A stretch of DNA of 64,000 bases from Candidatus Brennerbacteria bacterium. Its GTDB lineage: Bacteria > Patescibacteriota > Minisyncoccia > UBA6257 > GWB1-50-10. A model generated the notes under the pieces. It was not told the origin of the DNA. It was given only the letters and a program-made list of their open reading frames with translations, and did not search any database. Below, in pieces: positions 37,880 through 47,883 of the stretch (its first letter is position 1; the number at the start of each line of letters is the position of its first letter). The stretch spans positions 327-64,326 of the forward strand of contig JACPEK010000003.1 in assembly GCA_016183535.1 (NCBI GenBank), read 5' to 3'. Both the position numbers and the translations under genes were made by a program.

Positions 37880-39850
37880 TCAATCGAAACGAAGCCGCCG
37901 GCGGAAAGCGAGATAAACAAAGAACAAGACCACCACCAGGACGAAAATCGCCGTCGCGTTGCCGTCATTCCCGATTGTGAGAAGATTTGCGAGGAGCAGT
38001 GCGGGTTCCGCGGGGCGCGCCTCCGCCACGATACGACCAAGAAATGTTTCGTCGGTAAGCGTATTGCCGCCCGCGGCGGTGAGCGCGAAACTTTCACTCC
38101 GACGCACGAGGAGTCCCTCGCCGTCATTCTTCATGCGGAAACGTGCCACGCCAAAAAGCTTATCGTTCGAGAATCCGCCCGGGTAGCCGGCGGTTTTCAC
38201 GAGTCCGCCTTCGGTAGAATCGTCCGCATCGAATCCTTCTCGCATCACCGGCACCCAACCAGAGCCATAGGTGAAGGAGATGAGTTCCGCCACATCGCGC
38301 GGAAAAACGAGCGATACCTGCGCGGTATAGGCCCGCGCCGAGCCGGGACGCGCCACGAGCACCACCTCCACAATCTCACCTTCCACCGTCCGCACCTCGC
38401 GAGGCGCAACCAATATCGAGGCTCCTCCACGCGGATCCGCCGCAAAAGTCGCGGAAAATATTTTTCCCTCCCGCGCGAGAAACGTGCGCGCATCCGCGCC
38501 GTCAACGATGAAATTTCTATCGAGATCACCCGCCACAATTGCGGCACGGCTCCCCCAGTTCACCATAAGCGTATTGAAATCGAGAATATCGAACGAAACG
38601 GGAGAAGAAGCCGCGGCGAAGCCCGTCGGCGAAATCGGCGAACGCGGCGTCTGCGGAGCGGGAGAGGGCAATTCGGCAAGCGGCGCAAAAACAGGAGAGG
38701 TTGCCGCCGCGGCTTCGAACACAATGGAATCCTGGGTGGAACCAATTGTCTCGTACGCTCCCGCGCCAAACCGCTCAAGGTCGCGCGCGAAATCACCGTA
38801 CACCATTTTCACTCCATTCCCCGGCGCAAGCTCCCACCCTAAGGAGGCCGCATACGGAACCCACACCGCATTCGCGAAATCATTTCCGTTCGCAAACCGC
38901 ATCCTTGTGGCGCGAGGCGCATAGACAGCGAGCGTTACCGTAGTCGTAGAGGTTTTCAAATCTCCGGCATTTATCACGAAGGAAATAGGCAAGCCACTCC
39001 CTCCGCTTCCACTTCCGGAACCGCCACTGGTTCCGCCGCCCGTACCGGTACCTCCCGTACCACCTCCGCCGGTGCCACCACCACCGCCGGTGCCGCCGCC
39101 GCCACCCGACGGCGCCGCGGTGACCGCCGAAACCGCGGCGATCGGCGATTCATTTCCCACCGTATCAAGCGCCTTCACGGCAAAATAATACGTAGTCGAA
39201 GGCGCAAGCCCCGCTACCGTCATGTTTTGCGAAGTGTTCGGAACGGGAAGTGGGGCGCCACCCACCGCGGTGGCGGACGAAAAATTCGCGCTTGTGATCG
39301 GGGAGAAGCTACGGCGTACGTCGTAGTTCGCGAGATCCACATCCGAAGGCGCAATCCACGAGAGGACGATAGCGTCCGCTCCCGCGACGGCGGCCATAAG
39401 ATTCGTTACGGCCCCGGGCGCGAAAATATCGGCGGGCGCAGTGCTCGATGATTCTGTGGTCGCGGAAACAGTCGCGAGTCCCGTCTCACCCACTGTCGTC
39501 ACGTACCGGTAACCAAAATAGTAGGTGGTGCCGTTCGCGAGCCCTGCCACCGTCACACTTTGGGAAACATTCGGTATCGGTGCGGGCATTCCGGCAACCG
39601 GTGTCGCGGAGTTCCACGACGATTCGCTCACGGGAGCGGTGGAAAAACGAAGATCGTGAGACGACACATCGCCGCGCGTGGTCCATGAAAGCGTGATTGA
39701 ATCTCCCGCGACCGACGCCGAGAGTGTTACCGGTTCGGCAACCTGCGCGCGCGCGAGGTGCGGCGCAAAGCCTACGTAAAAAACCGACGCGAGGAGTACG
39801 CCGGCGAACGCGAGCGCAACCATCCTGATGAAATTCTTTCCGTGCATCAT
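37880..39850 (-). CDS. Secreted FN3-repeat surface protein with Gly/Thr-rich linker and C-terminal hydrophobic anchor plus basic tail
   Basis: Signal peptide; two FN3-like modules (TTYYFGYRY, TTYYFAVKA); GGGGTGGGGGTGGGG low-complexity linker; C-terminus AIFVLVVVLFFVYLAFRRRLRFD. Confidence 0.65.
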   Translation of the reverse strand: MMHGKNFIRMVALAFAGVLLASVFYVGFAPHLARAQVAEPVTLSASVAGDSITLSWTTRGDVSSHDLRFSTAPVSESSWNSATPVAGMPAPIPNVSQSVTVAGLANGTTYYFGYRYVTTVGETGLATVSATTESSSTAPADIFAPGAVTNLMAAVAGADAIVLSWIAPSDVDLANYDVRRSFSPITSANFSSATAVGGAPLPVPNTSQNMTVAGLAPSTTYYFAVKALDTVGNESPIAAVSAVTAAPSGGGGGTGGGGGTGGGGTGGTGTGGGTSGGSGSGSGGSGLPISFVINAGDLKTSTTTVTLAVYAPRATRMRFANGNDFANAVWVPYAASLGWELAPGNGVKMVYGDFARDLERFGAGAYETIGSTQDSIVFEAAAATSPVFAPLAELPSPAPQTPRSPISPTGFAAASSPVSFDILDFNTLMVNWGSRAAIVAGDLDRNFIVDGADARTFLAREGKIFSATFAADPRGGASILVAPREVRTVEGEIVEVVLVARPGSARAYTAQVSLVFPRDVAELISFTYGSGWVPVMREGFDADDSTEGGLVKTAGYPGGFSNDKLFGVARFRMKNDGEGLLVRRSESFALTAAGGNTLTDETFLGRIVAEARPAEPALLLANLLTIGNDGNATAIFVLVVVLFFVYLAFRRRLRFD

Positions 39851-39938
39851 GGGAACTATACTATCCTATACTATCAAAAATGTCAAATTTATGTCATACA
39901 TAAAGAAAGAGCTGATACTTTGGTATCAGCTCTTCGAA

Positions 39939-41690
39939 TTATTTCACCAACATCATCTTCCTCGTTTGGAAGAATTGCTTCGTTTCCAAGCGAGAGAAGT
40001 AGATGCCGGAGGGGAGGCCGGAGGCATCCCACGTGGTTTTATAGGTGCCGGCCGAGACCTCCTCGTCAACTAACTTTGCAACTTCCTGACCAATCGCGTT
40101 GTACACCGTGAGACGTACATAGTTTCGTTCGGGGAGCGCAAACTCAATTGTGGTCGAGGGATTGAACGGGTTGGGGTAATTTTGCTTGAGGACAAATTCG
40201 GTTGGAACCGAATTGTCTTCAACCCCCGTCGCGACATCGAATGTCCGCGCGGTATCAACATTCGACGACGCCGATTCGTTTCCGTTCCGATCAGTAAGAC
40301 GCGCCTCGAACCAGTAGACGGTACCGGGCAAGAGACCTGAAATTTCTACCGAGGATACGCCGGGCGCCACTCCGACGGTCCGCGCCCAATACGTCAAAAA
40401 ATTCGACGATTTGCTCCACCGCACGGTGCCGGTCATCGCGTCGCTTGATGTGGGAATCGTAAACCTCACCTTTACCTGGGTCCGTGAAATCGCGGTGGCC
40501 ACCAAATCGGTAATCGCCTGCGGGGATGTCGCATCAGGATACGTCCGCGCCGTCATGGTGCCGGTGTAGACAGATGTGCCCCTTGTGTTGATTGAGCGCG
40601 CGCGTCCCGCGTAGACTGTTCCGGCACGCAAGCCGCTGAACACCGCTTCTCCCCTTCCTGAAAAGCCCGAAACGGGGACGATGATAGCGGCATAGCGGTC
40701 AAGAAAAACACTGCCTTCGGCAATTTGCACTTCGGTCTGGGTCGCCCCGCCGCCGTGCGCGAAGGTCGCGACAATCATTGACTCCGACGTGGCGGTGAAA
40801 GAGAAATCACGCGGAACTTCTGGAGTCCCGGTCGGTTCCGCAAGAGTGCGCGCGGTATCAGGAACCGAAAACGCGGATTGATTGCCCGCAGAATCCCGCG
40901 CCGCGGCACGCAGATAGTAGACGGTGCCCGGTGCAAGATTCAAAAACACGGCTCCCGCCGTGCCGCCCGGAGTTGCCGGCACTACCACTTGTTGTGCCGT
41001 GTCAGAAAACGCGGCGCTCATCCCCAATTGGAAGAGGATGCTCGCGGCATCAAGGTCGCTCGGCGCTTTTGCCTGCGCCTCGGCGGAAGCACTCGACACC
41101 GCGGTCAGTACCACATCCGTCGGAACCGCAGGAGCAGTGACATCAGCTCCCGTTTCACCGTCTTCGAGTACCACCCCGCCGGCGATCAGTTGATCGAAGA
41201 ATACCGCGAGCGTTCCCCGCTCGCTGGTCAGGTAGGAAAACCACAACACTACCTGATTCACCTCGCCCGCCACAGACGGAAATCGCAGAGTGTAGGTTTG
41301 ATAACCTCCGCTCGCGGACACCGTGTCGAGATTAGAGTTCACGACCGGCGCGCCATCCTTGAAAAAACTCGCCGCCACGCGCGCGCGGCGCGGAGCAATC
41401 CATAAAGGTACCCGCAGATCAATACTTATGCTTGCGGGCGCTTGCATGGACGCGATGCTCTTGATCACCACGAGGTACCGGCTCACGCCGTCTTTCGTGG
41501 TTGTCATCTGAACCCGCCACGCGCCGTTTCCCGCCGAGGCGGAGTCGGTACGGGCAAGCGCGTATCCATCAAGGAACGATGCGGTAATTACGGTCGGAAC
41601 CGGATAGACAGAATCCGCCACCGCGAATTTCTGCGGATAGCTCTCCCGCGCCAGAACGGCGAGGAGAAGCAACGGTAATAACCTCTTCAT
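39939..41690 (-). CDS. Secreted FN3-repeat protein with T9SS-type C-terminal sorting domain
   Basis: Start MKRLLPLLLLAVLA (ATG at 41690 with AGGAGGAAAAATG RBS); FN3 signatures; C-terminal NYPNPFNPSTTIEFALPERNYVRLTVYN..GLPSGIYFSRLETKQFFQTRKMMLVK. Confidence 0.8.
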   Translation of the reverse strand: MKRLLPLLLLAVLARESYPQKFAVADSVYPVPTVITASFLDGYALARTDSASAGNGAWRVQMTTTKDGVSRYLVVIKSIASMQAPASISIDLRVPLWIAPRRARVAASFFKDGAPVVNSNLDTVSASGGYQTYTLRFPSVAGEVNQVVLWFSYLTSERGTLAVFFDQLIAGGVVLEDGETGADVTAPAVPTDVVLTAVSSASAEAQAKAPSDLDAASILFQLGMSAAFSDTAQQVVVPATPGGTAGAVFLNLAPGTVYYLRAAARDSAGNQSAFSVPDTARTLAEPTGTPEVPRDFSFTATSESMIVATFAHGGGATQTEVQIAEGSVFLDRYAAIIVPVSGFSGRGEAVFSGLRAGTVYAGRARSINTRGTSVYTGTMTARTYPDATSPQAITDLVATAISRTQVKVRFTIPTSSDAMTGTVRWSKSSNFLTYWARTVGVAPGVSSVEISGLLPGTVYWFEARLTDRNGNESASSNVDTARTFDVATGVEDNSVPTEFVLKQNYPNPFNPSTTIEFALPERNYVRLTVYNAIGQEVAKLVDEEVSAGTYKTTWDASGLPSGIYFSRLETKQFFQTRKMMLVK

Positions 41691-41760
41691 TTTTCCTCCT
41701 TTTTGTTTTGTGAATGTTATAACTAGGCATGACCATGCCACATTTTGGCGAATCTTGTCA

Positions 41761-41792
41761 ACAAAAAGCTCCGCGCGAGGAAAGGCGCGGAG
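41761..41792 (-). terminator. Rho-independent terminator (ctccgcgc-gaggaaag-gcgcggag) downstream of the 276-aa hypothetical gene
   Basis: 8-bp GC stem; T-run CTTTTTGT on the minus strand. Confidence 0.7.
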
Positions 41793-41814
41793 CGAAAAAG
41801 AAAATGAAAAAGTT

Positions 41815-42645
41815 CTAACGAGAAACCGCAATTCCCATCCGAGAATAAGCATTGTCTCCCCAGCGGTATGAGACGTACACTTTGCCGCCATTTAGACAAA
41901 TCGCGACACGATAGCCATCGACGTCCACAGAAGAAGATCTCCCCCAACAACCATCCCAATATCCGAGGAATGGATGGTCGCGTCCGAGCACAACCTCGAG
42001 CGCGAGGGAAAATGCCCACGTAACCGCATTCATGATCTCGTAGCCGGGTAGAATCAACTTCATCTGCTCTTCGTACGATTTTCCGACTGATGCGGGAGTG
42101 GCTTCGCGCGGTATGAGTCGCCACCCAAGCGATGTCGTCTCAAGATGTCCGAACGTATCCGTGCCGTCCTCCGCCCACCGATACCACAAATTGTTCCTAT
42201 ACATGACATCAGGTATGGCGAGCGATAAATCAATTAGGTTAATGGGAAACTCGGGGCGGAGCAGGTGCGTCTCGCGACATTCCTCGAGTGTTTCCTCGGA
42301 ATAGGGAATGGTCGTGAGCGCATTGAAATCTCGCTCGGTCAGTTTGCGGTTCAGCGCCGCGAAAACTTCTTCGACCGAGCGGAAATTGGGACCCATGATG
42401 AGGCGGGCGATTTTCTGCGACGTCGGCTCGCCGTTTCCTCCCCGCGCCACAAACTCGACGGTTTTACGGAATAATCGTTCATTGTGGGCGAGCGCGGCCC
42501 AAAATTTCTTGCCGGCGCCGACCTTACGGCCGGTTACAATCGCCTCATGGATGACTCCCTCGTCTTTCCCGAAGATTCCCTCTTCATCTTCCCGGGAAAG
42601 ACTCGGGGAAATGGAACAGCCAGACGCGCCATGATGTTGGTTCAT
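41815..42645 (-). CDS. Hypothetical protein (no recognisable family)
   Basis: 276-aa ORF, high-GC, with its own terminator; between uvrB and the T9SS cargo gene. Confidence 0.45.
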   Translation of the reverse strand: MNQHHGASGCSISPSLSREDEEGIFGKDEGVIHEAIVTGRKVGAGKKFWAALAHNERLFRKTVEFVARGGNGEPTSQKIARLIMGPNFRSVEEVFAALNRKLTERDFNALTTIPYSEETLEECRETHLLRPEFPINLIDLSLAIPDVMYRNNLWYRWAEDGTDTFGHLETTSLGWRLIPREATPASVGKSYEEQMKLILPGYEIMNAVTWAFSLALEVVLGRDHPFLGYWDGCWGRSSSVDVDGYRVAICLNGGKVYVSYRWGDNAYSRMGIAVSR

Positions 42646-42713
42646 GACACACCCCTCTCTTTTTTTATGAAAGAACTGTTGATTTTATTTTAACAAAAAC
42701 AAACCGAACATCC

Positions 42714-44723
42714 CTACGGCGCGATGTGGGTATCTTTCCGGAGGGCGCGGAGTTCGTCCCGTAAGAGCGCGGCGAGCTCAAAATTGAGCTCTTCCGCCGC
42801 TTCCTTCATCGCCTGTTCTTTTTCCTTGACGAGCGCCGCGCGCGCCGCGCCGGATTTCGGCACCGGCTTCGCTTCGAGCGCGAGAATTTTCTCCGCGTCC
42901 GCCGGGAGAATATCGCGGATTTCCTTTTCCACCGACTTCGGGGTGATGTGGTGTGTTTTGTTGTAAGCAAGCTGAAGTTCCCGCCGCCGCGCGGTTTCAC
43001 TGATCGCGCGCTTCAAGGATCCCGTCTCCGCATCCGCGTAGAGAAGCACCTCCCCGCGAATATGCCGCGCGGCGCGCCCGATGGTCTGTACAAGCGAGGT
43101 TTCCGAACGAAGGAATCCCTCCTTGTCGGCATCGAGGATGGCGACTAAGGACACCTCGGGGAGATCGAGTCCCTCACGCAGAAGATTTACGCCTACCAGC
43201 ACGTCGTAGATCCCTTTCCGCAGGTTCGTGAGAATACGGATGCGATCCAAGGTTTTCACATCGCTATGCAAATAAGCAACCTTCGTCTTTTTCTCTTCGA
43301 GGTATGCCGCGAGATCCTCGGCCATTTTCTTTGTGAGCGTCGTAACGAGTACGCGCTCTTTTGCTTTCGCGCGTTCCTCGATGCGCGGGATAAGATCGGC
43401 GATTTGTCCGCGCGCGGGACGAAGCGTCACCTTCGGATCCACGAGGCCCGTCGGCCGGATAATTTGTTCAACCGTCTGCGCACTCATTTTCTTCTCGAAC
43501 GGCCCCGGCGTTGCAGAGGTGAAAATAACCTGCCCGATCCGTTTTTCAAATTCCTGGAATTTCAAGGGGCGATTGTCGGCGGCGGAAGGAAGGCGGAAAC
43601 CGTACTTGATTAAAGTTTTCTTTCGCGCCGCGTCGCCTTCGTACATGCCACCGATCTGCGGCACGGTGACATGGGATTCGTCGATGATGGTAATGAAGTC
43701 GGCCTGCCCGCCTGAATGCCCCTCGGGCTTTCGGCGGGGGAAATAATCGAGAAGCGTGTCGGGCGGCTCCCCCGCCGCGCGCCCCGAGAGATGCCGCGAA
43801 TAGTTTTCGATGCCGTGGCAGTAGCCCACCTCACGAATCATGGCAAGATCGAACTTTGTTCGGCGCTCCAGGCGTTCCGCTTCCAGAAGTTTTCCTTCTT
43901 TCTCAAATTTCTTGAGTTGGCTTTTCAACTCCTCCTTGATCGCTTTTATCGCGCGCTCCCTCTCTTCTTTCGGGGTAAGAAAATGCTTTGCGGGCGCCAT
44001 AATAACCTCCGCTACCTCCGGCGTCACCCCGGGCACAAATCCTTCCGCGGGTCGAATCTCGTACATTTTTTGAATCGCGCCGCGTTTCACTTCCAAGGCG
44101 TAGATCAGTTCGCGATCCGGCGGCATAATCTCCCACTGATCCCCGCGAATGCGGAAAGTGCCGCGCGTGAGATCCGAGTTGGTGCGCGTGTAATGAAGCT
44201 CGATGAGTTTCCGCGAGAATGTCGCGCGGTCGATCAGCGCACCGCGTTTCAAATGAAAGATATTTTCCGCGTAAACCTCCGGCGCGCCCAAGCCGTAGAT
44301 GCAGGAGACTGACGCCACCACGATCACGTCGCGCCGCGTGAGAAGCGCCGCGGTCGCCGCGTGGCGCAACCGGTCAATCTCCTCGTTGATCATCGCCTCC
44401 TTCCCGATGTAGGTGTCGGTAGTCGGCATATAGGCCTCCGGCTGGTAATAGTCGTAGTAAGAGACAAAATAGTGCACTGCGTTTTTCGGAAAAAGCGCGC
44501 GGAACTCGTTCGTAAGCTGGGCCGCGAGCGTTTTGTTGTGCGCGATGACAAGCGCGGGTTTCTGGGCCTGCGCAATCACGTGCGCCGCGGTGAAAGTTTT
44601 TCCGGATCCCGTCACGCCGAGGAGCGTCTGGTAGCGGTCGCCGCGCGCGAGTCCTCCCGCAAGTTCCTTGATCGCCTTCGGTTGGTCGCCCGCCGGATCG
44701 AATTTCGATGTGATTTCGAACAC
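42714..44723 (-). CDS. uvrB: Excinuclease ABC subunit B (UvrB)
   Basis: 669 aa; helicase motif I GVTGSGKTFT; beta-hairpin and C-terminal UvrC-interaction coiled coil. Confidence 0.92.
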   Translation of the reverse strand: MFEITSKFDPAGDQPKAIKELAGGLARGDRYQTLLGVTGSGKTFTAAHVIAQAQKPALVIAHNKTLAAQLTNEFRALFPKNAVHYFVSYYDYYQPEAYMPTTDTYIGKEAMINEEIDRLRHAATAALLTRRDVIVVASVSCIYGLGAPEVYAENIFHLKRGALIDRATFSRKLIELHYTRTNSDLTRGTFRIRGDQWEIMPPDRELIYALEVKRGAIQKMYEIRPAEGFVPGVTPEVAEVIMAPAKHFLTPKEERERAIKAIKEELKSQLKKFEKEGKLLEAERLERRTKFDLAMIREVGYCHGIENYSRHLSGRAAGEPPDTLLDYFPRRKPEGHSGGQADFITIIDESHVTVPQIGGMYEGDAARKKTLIKYGFRLPSAADNRPLKFQEFEKRIGQVIFTSATPGPFEKKMSAQTVEQIIRPTGLVDPKVTLRPARGQIADLIPRIEERAKAKERVLVTTLTKKMAEDLAAYLEEKKTKVAYLHSDVKTLDRIRILTNLRKGIYDVLVGVNLLREGLDLPEVSLVAILDADKEGFLRSETSLVQTIGRAARHIRGEVLLYADAETGSLKRAISETARRRELQLAYNKTHHITPKSVEKEIRDILPADAEKILALEAKPVPKSGAARAALVKEKEQAMKEAAEELNFELAALLRDELRALRKDTHIAP

Positions 44724-44737
44724 GCCCCTATCCTACC

Positions 44738-45688
44738 TCACCGCGAAGGGAGACGGTAGAGATCGGGATCAATGGTGCGAGCAAAGCAGGCGCGCCCCTC
44801 GGGATGAATCCAGCTCTCACCTTCTTCGTATGCATCGGAGTAGACGAACGGCTTTGGCGCGCGCGCGTTTCCGCCGTCTTCGCTGGCGCGCGCGAATACC
44901 GCACAAAGCTCGAACGACAGGTCGCCGGTTACGCGGTATTCGTAGGACACGCGCGTTTCCGGATCACGGGGAATCGTAACGCCGCGAATGCGATCCGTGA
45001 GCGTTTCAAAATTTTCGGGGAGCGCGGCTTTTCTCTGCCAATGATTGATAATTTCGCCCTGAATCATCTGAAGATCCTGGACCCTCTGGACATCCACGCG
45101 GCGGAAACGTTCCGCGGAGGGGCTCCCCGCGGAAGCAAATCCGGCAACTACGCCCACCGCAAGAACGAGAAGAATGCCGGAAACGGCGATTTTTGCGCCG
45201 CGTGTGACGGAACGCCCCGAGAGCGCCCAAAGATAGTACGCGCCGACCGCACCCGCAACAAAGGCAACCGCGGCGATTTTCAAAATAAACCTTGCGGTAA
45301 GCTCGCCTTCCAAGAAATGAGAGAGGAGCGACACAAGATCGGAAATGAGCGTCACCGCCACCGCAAAGAGGGTGAACGATACGAGCCACTTTCGCACCTT
45401 AAGCTCGCGCTTCTCCGGTATCGCCTCGTATTCCTTCCGCAGGAAGCGCGCCACGAAAACATAGACTGGAAACACGATCACGAAAGATGCGAGCGCCCAA
45501 CGCAAGGCATTCCGCGCGCCGTCAAACGCATAATATCCCCTTCCTTCCAAAATGTCGGGGAACCGGAGATTCACGAGTTGGAACGCGACCGTGAGAAACG
45601 CGGTTGCCGCGGCATAGAGCGCGACGAACGCGAGGAGATGAAGAAATACGTCGCGCGGGGCACTTCTTATTTTTTGGTTGATATCCAT
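44738..45688 (-). CDS. Polytopic membrane protein (hypothetical)
   Basis: 316 aa with about 6 predicted TM helices; 15 nt upstream of uvrB, so probably co-transcribed. Confidence 0.45.
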   Translation of the reverse strand: MDINQKIRSAPRDVFLHLLAFVALYAAATAFLTVAFQLVNLRFPDILEGRGYYAFDGARNALRWALASFVIVFPVYVFVARFLRKEYEAIPEKRELKVRKWLVSFTLFAVAVTLISDLVSLLSHFLEGELTARFILKIAAVAFVAGAVGAYYLWALSGRSVTRGAKIAVSGILLVLAVGVVAGFASAGSPSAERFRRVDVQRVQDLQMIQGEIINHWQRKAALPENFETLTDRIRGVTIPRDPETRVSYEYRVTGDLSFELCAVFARASEDGGNARAPKPFVYSDAYEEGESWIHPEGRACFARTIDPDLYRLPSR

Positions 45689-45798
45689 ATCGTGTAAAAA
45701 TTATCAATTACCGATTTTCAATTATCAATGAATTCTCAATTCCTCAATTTCCAACTGGTCATTGAAAATCAGAATTCATGCCTTCGGTATGTTTCATG

Positions 45799-46122
45799 CT
45801 AACGTACCTTCGCACCCGGCGTCACGCTCTTGCTTGGCGCAAGCAGTACCGGCCCCTCATCGCTCTCCACCGCGAGGAGCATACCGTTGCTTTCCATCCC
45901 CATGAGTTTCCGCGGTTCTAAATTCGCGACCACGACTATTTGCCGTCCCACAAGCGCCTCGGGCACGTACGCTATCGCGACCCCCGCCAAGACTTGACGA
46001 GGCGATTCTTCTCCAAGATCGACGGAGAGTTTCACCAACTTCTCCGACCCCTCAACCCGTTCCGCGGCGAGAACGTTCCCGATTTTAAGCTCGATTTTTT
46101 TAAAATCTTCTATGGAAATCAT
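45799..46122 (-). CDS. tRNA-binding domain protein (CsaA/Myf-like)
   Basis: IELKIGNVLAAERVEGSEKLVKLSVDLGEE..QIVVVANLEPRKLMGMESNGMLLA matches the OB-fold tRNA-binding (EMAP/CsaA) domain; start at MISIEDF (about 46122). Confidence 0.7.
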   Translation of the reverse strand: MISIEDFKKIELKIGNVLAAERVEGSEKLVKLSVDLGEESPRQVLAGVAIAYVPEALVGRQIVVVANLEPRKLMGMESNGMLLAVESDEGPVLLAPSKSVTPGAKVR

Positions 46123-46532
46123 GCCGCAGGAGCACCGAGGTCGGAATGGATTGAACACTTTCCCGTCGCGTATTTTCCCGGACCCGCAAACGCGATGCCC
46201 AAGGCCGCGAGGAGGAGCACGAGATCAAAATCATATCCTCCGAAGAAACCTCCTTTAAATTTCACGAGCGCGATCGCACCCACCATGACGATCGCGAGTA
46301 AGATGCCCGCGAGATCCGTAAAAACTCCGAGCGCGAGGGCGATGCCCGCGAGAAGCTCCGTCGCCGGAACAAGGTATGCAAAAAACGAGGGGAGGCCAAG
46401 GCCGGCAAAAAATGCCGCCGTGGCGCCGAGATTTCCGAACTTCATCCATCCCGCACCGATGAACACCGCCGCGAGCGCGAGACGAATCAATAAGAGTCCC
46501 GCGTCCACGTTCGTTTTCTTGATTATTCTCAT
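46119..46532 (-). CDS. DoxX family membrane protein
   Basis: Start MRIIKK (ATG at 46532); LLLIRLALAAVFIGAGWMKF DoxX signature; 4 TM. Confidence 0.65.
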   Translation of the reverse strand: MRIIKKTNVDAGLLLIRLALAAVFIGAGWMKFGNLGATAAFFAGLGLPSFFAYLVPATELLAGIALALGVFTDLAGILLAIVMVGAIALVKFKGGFFGGYDFDLVLLLAALGIAFAGPGKYATGKCSIHSDLGAPAA

Positions 46533-46636
46533 GCGACCATTATACCAAACCGTGAAACTATTCGTAACAACTCCACGGAGCCATTCTGCGTTTTCCGGCG
46601 ACACAGCCGGTTTTCATTCCGGGGCATAGCAACACC

Positions 46637-47875
46637 TTATTCATACCGCAACGCCTCGATGGGACTTTTCTTCGATGCGACGCGGGCGGGGTAGAGGCCG
46701 AAGACGAGCCCCACCGCCGCCGCAACGCCGATACCAAGAAACGCCGCGCCGACCGGAAACACAAATTCCCAATCCACCGCGAGCGTGCGGCCGAGGATAA
46801 GCGAGATGGCGAACGAGAAGAAGGCGCCGAGCGCCACGCCGACGAGGCCACCCGCGACCGTGAGAATCACCGCCTCAAGAAGAAACTGAAGCATAATGTC
46901 GGACCCTTTCGCTCCCACCGCCTTCCGGAGGCCGATCTCGCGCGTCCGCTCCGTCACCGACACCAGCATGATGTTCATAATGCCGACGCCGCCCACAATG
47001 AGCGAGATCGCCGCCACCGCGGCGAGGAAGAGCGTCAAGACGTCGGTGATGGTGGAAACGGTTTTCATGGCATCCGCCTGCGTCTCGAGGAAAAAATCGT
47101 CCTTCTCGGGATCCGTGATGTTATGCGAGGCACGGAGTGTGGTATTCACATCCTCGATGGTTTCCGCCACGTGATCCTCGGTGTCCGCCTCGATCACAAT
47201 ACGGTTGAAATATTTTATACCGAAGAGATACTGCTGGGCGGTCGTATACGGCACGATTACCGCGCTGTCGAAATTCAGGAAAAACGACTGACCCGTCGTT
47301 TCAAGCACTCCGACCACCCGGAAACTTTTTTCTTTTATCTTCACCCGCTTTCCAAGCGCCTCTTCATTCCCAAAAAGTTCCTCGACCACCTTCGACCCGA
47401 TCACCGCGGTGTCGGCGTACCCCCGCACCTCATCGTCGCTGAAAAGACGTCCCGTCTTCGGATGCACGTCGTATATCTCGCCGAACAACGGTGTCGCGCC
47501 GTAAATGGTGGGACGGTATGTTTCACTGCCATACGAGACGCTGTAGCTCCCGAAAACGATCGGCATGATCTTGCCGAGATGCGGCACATTGGTGGAGCGC
47601 GAGAGCGCATCGAGATCTTTCTGCTTCAGTGAATCGGTAAACGTGCTCAAGAAGTCCGACGGCCCCTTCGGTTCGCGCCCCGGCACGATCGCGATCACCT
47701 TCGCGCCGATCGATTGTACCTCGCCGAGAATAAGGGCCTGCGCGCCTTCGCCGAGGGACACAATGAGAATGATCGCGGTCACCCCGATCACGATGCCGAG
47801 CATGGTCAACGCCGATCGCGTGCGATGAGTGTTCAAGCCGCGAAGCGCCGAGGTGAATGCGCGCCGGATAAACAT
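46637..47875 (-). CDS. ABC transporter permease, MacB/FtsX family
   Basis: 412 aa; N-terminal TM, large periplasmic domain, C-terminal FtsX 3-TM bundle. Confidence 0.8.
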   Translation of the reverse strand: MFIRRAFTSALRGLNTHRTRSALTMLGIVIGVTAIILIVSLGEGAQALILGEVQSIGAKVIAIVPGREPKGPSDFLSTFTDSLKQKDLDALSRSTNVPHLGKIMPIVFGSYSVSYGSETYRPTIYGATPLFGEIYDVHPKTGRLFSDDEVRGYADTAVIGSKVVEELFGNEEALGKRVKIKEKSFRVVGVLETTGQSFFLNFDSAVIVPYTTAQQYLFGIKYFNRIVIEADTEDHVAETIEDVNTTLRASHNITDPEKDDFFLETQADAMKTVSTITDVLTLFLAAVAAISLIVGGVGIMNIMLVSVTERTREIGLRKAVGAKGSDIMLQFLLEAVILTVAGGLVGVALGAFFSFAISLILGRTLAVDWEFVFPVGAAFLGIGVAAAVGLVFGLYPARVASKKSPIEALRYE

Positions 47876-47883
47876 GGAATAGG

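Noticed and set aside
37877-38842. 321-aa plus-strand ORF overlapping the FN3 surface-protein gene and the uvrA upstream region
   Set aside because: It is antisense to a gene with a signal peptide and domain structure, and has low-complexity Arg-rich composition.
38990-39110. Repetitive GGnACn-rich stretch, considered as a possible CRISPR or satellite
   Set aside because: It is in-frame coding for a Gly/Thr-rich linker (GGGGTGGGGGTGGGG...) inside the FN3 protein. It has no regular repeat-spacer structure.
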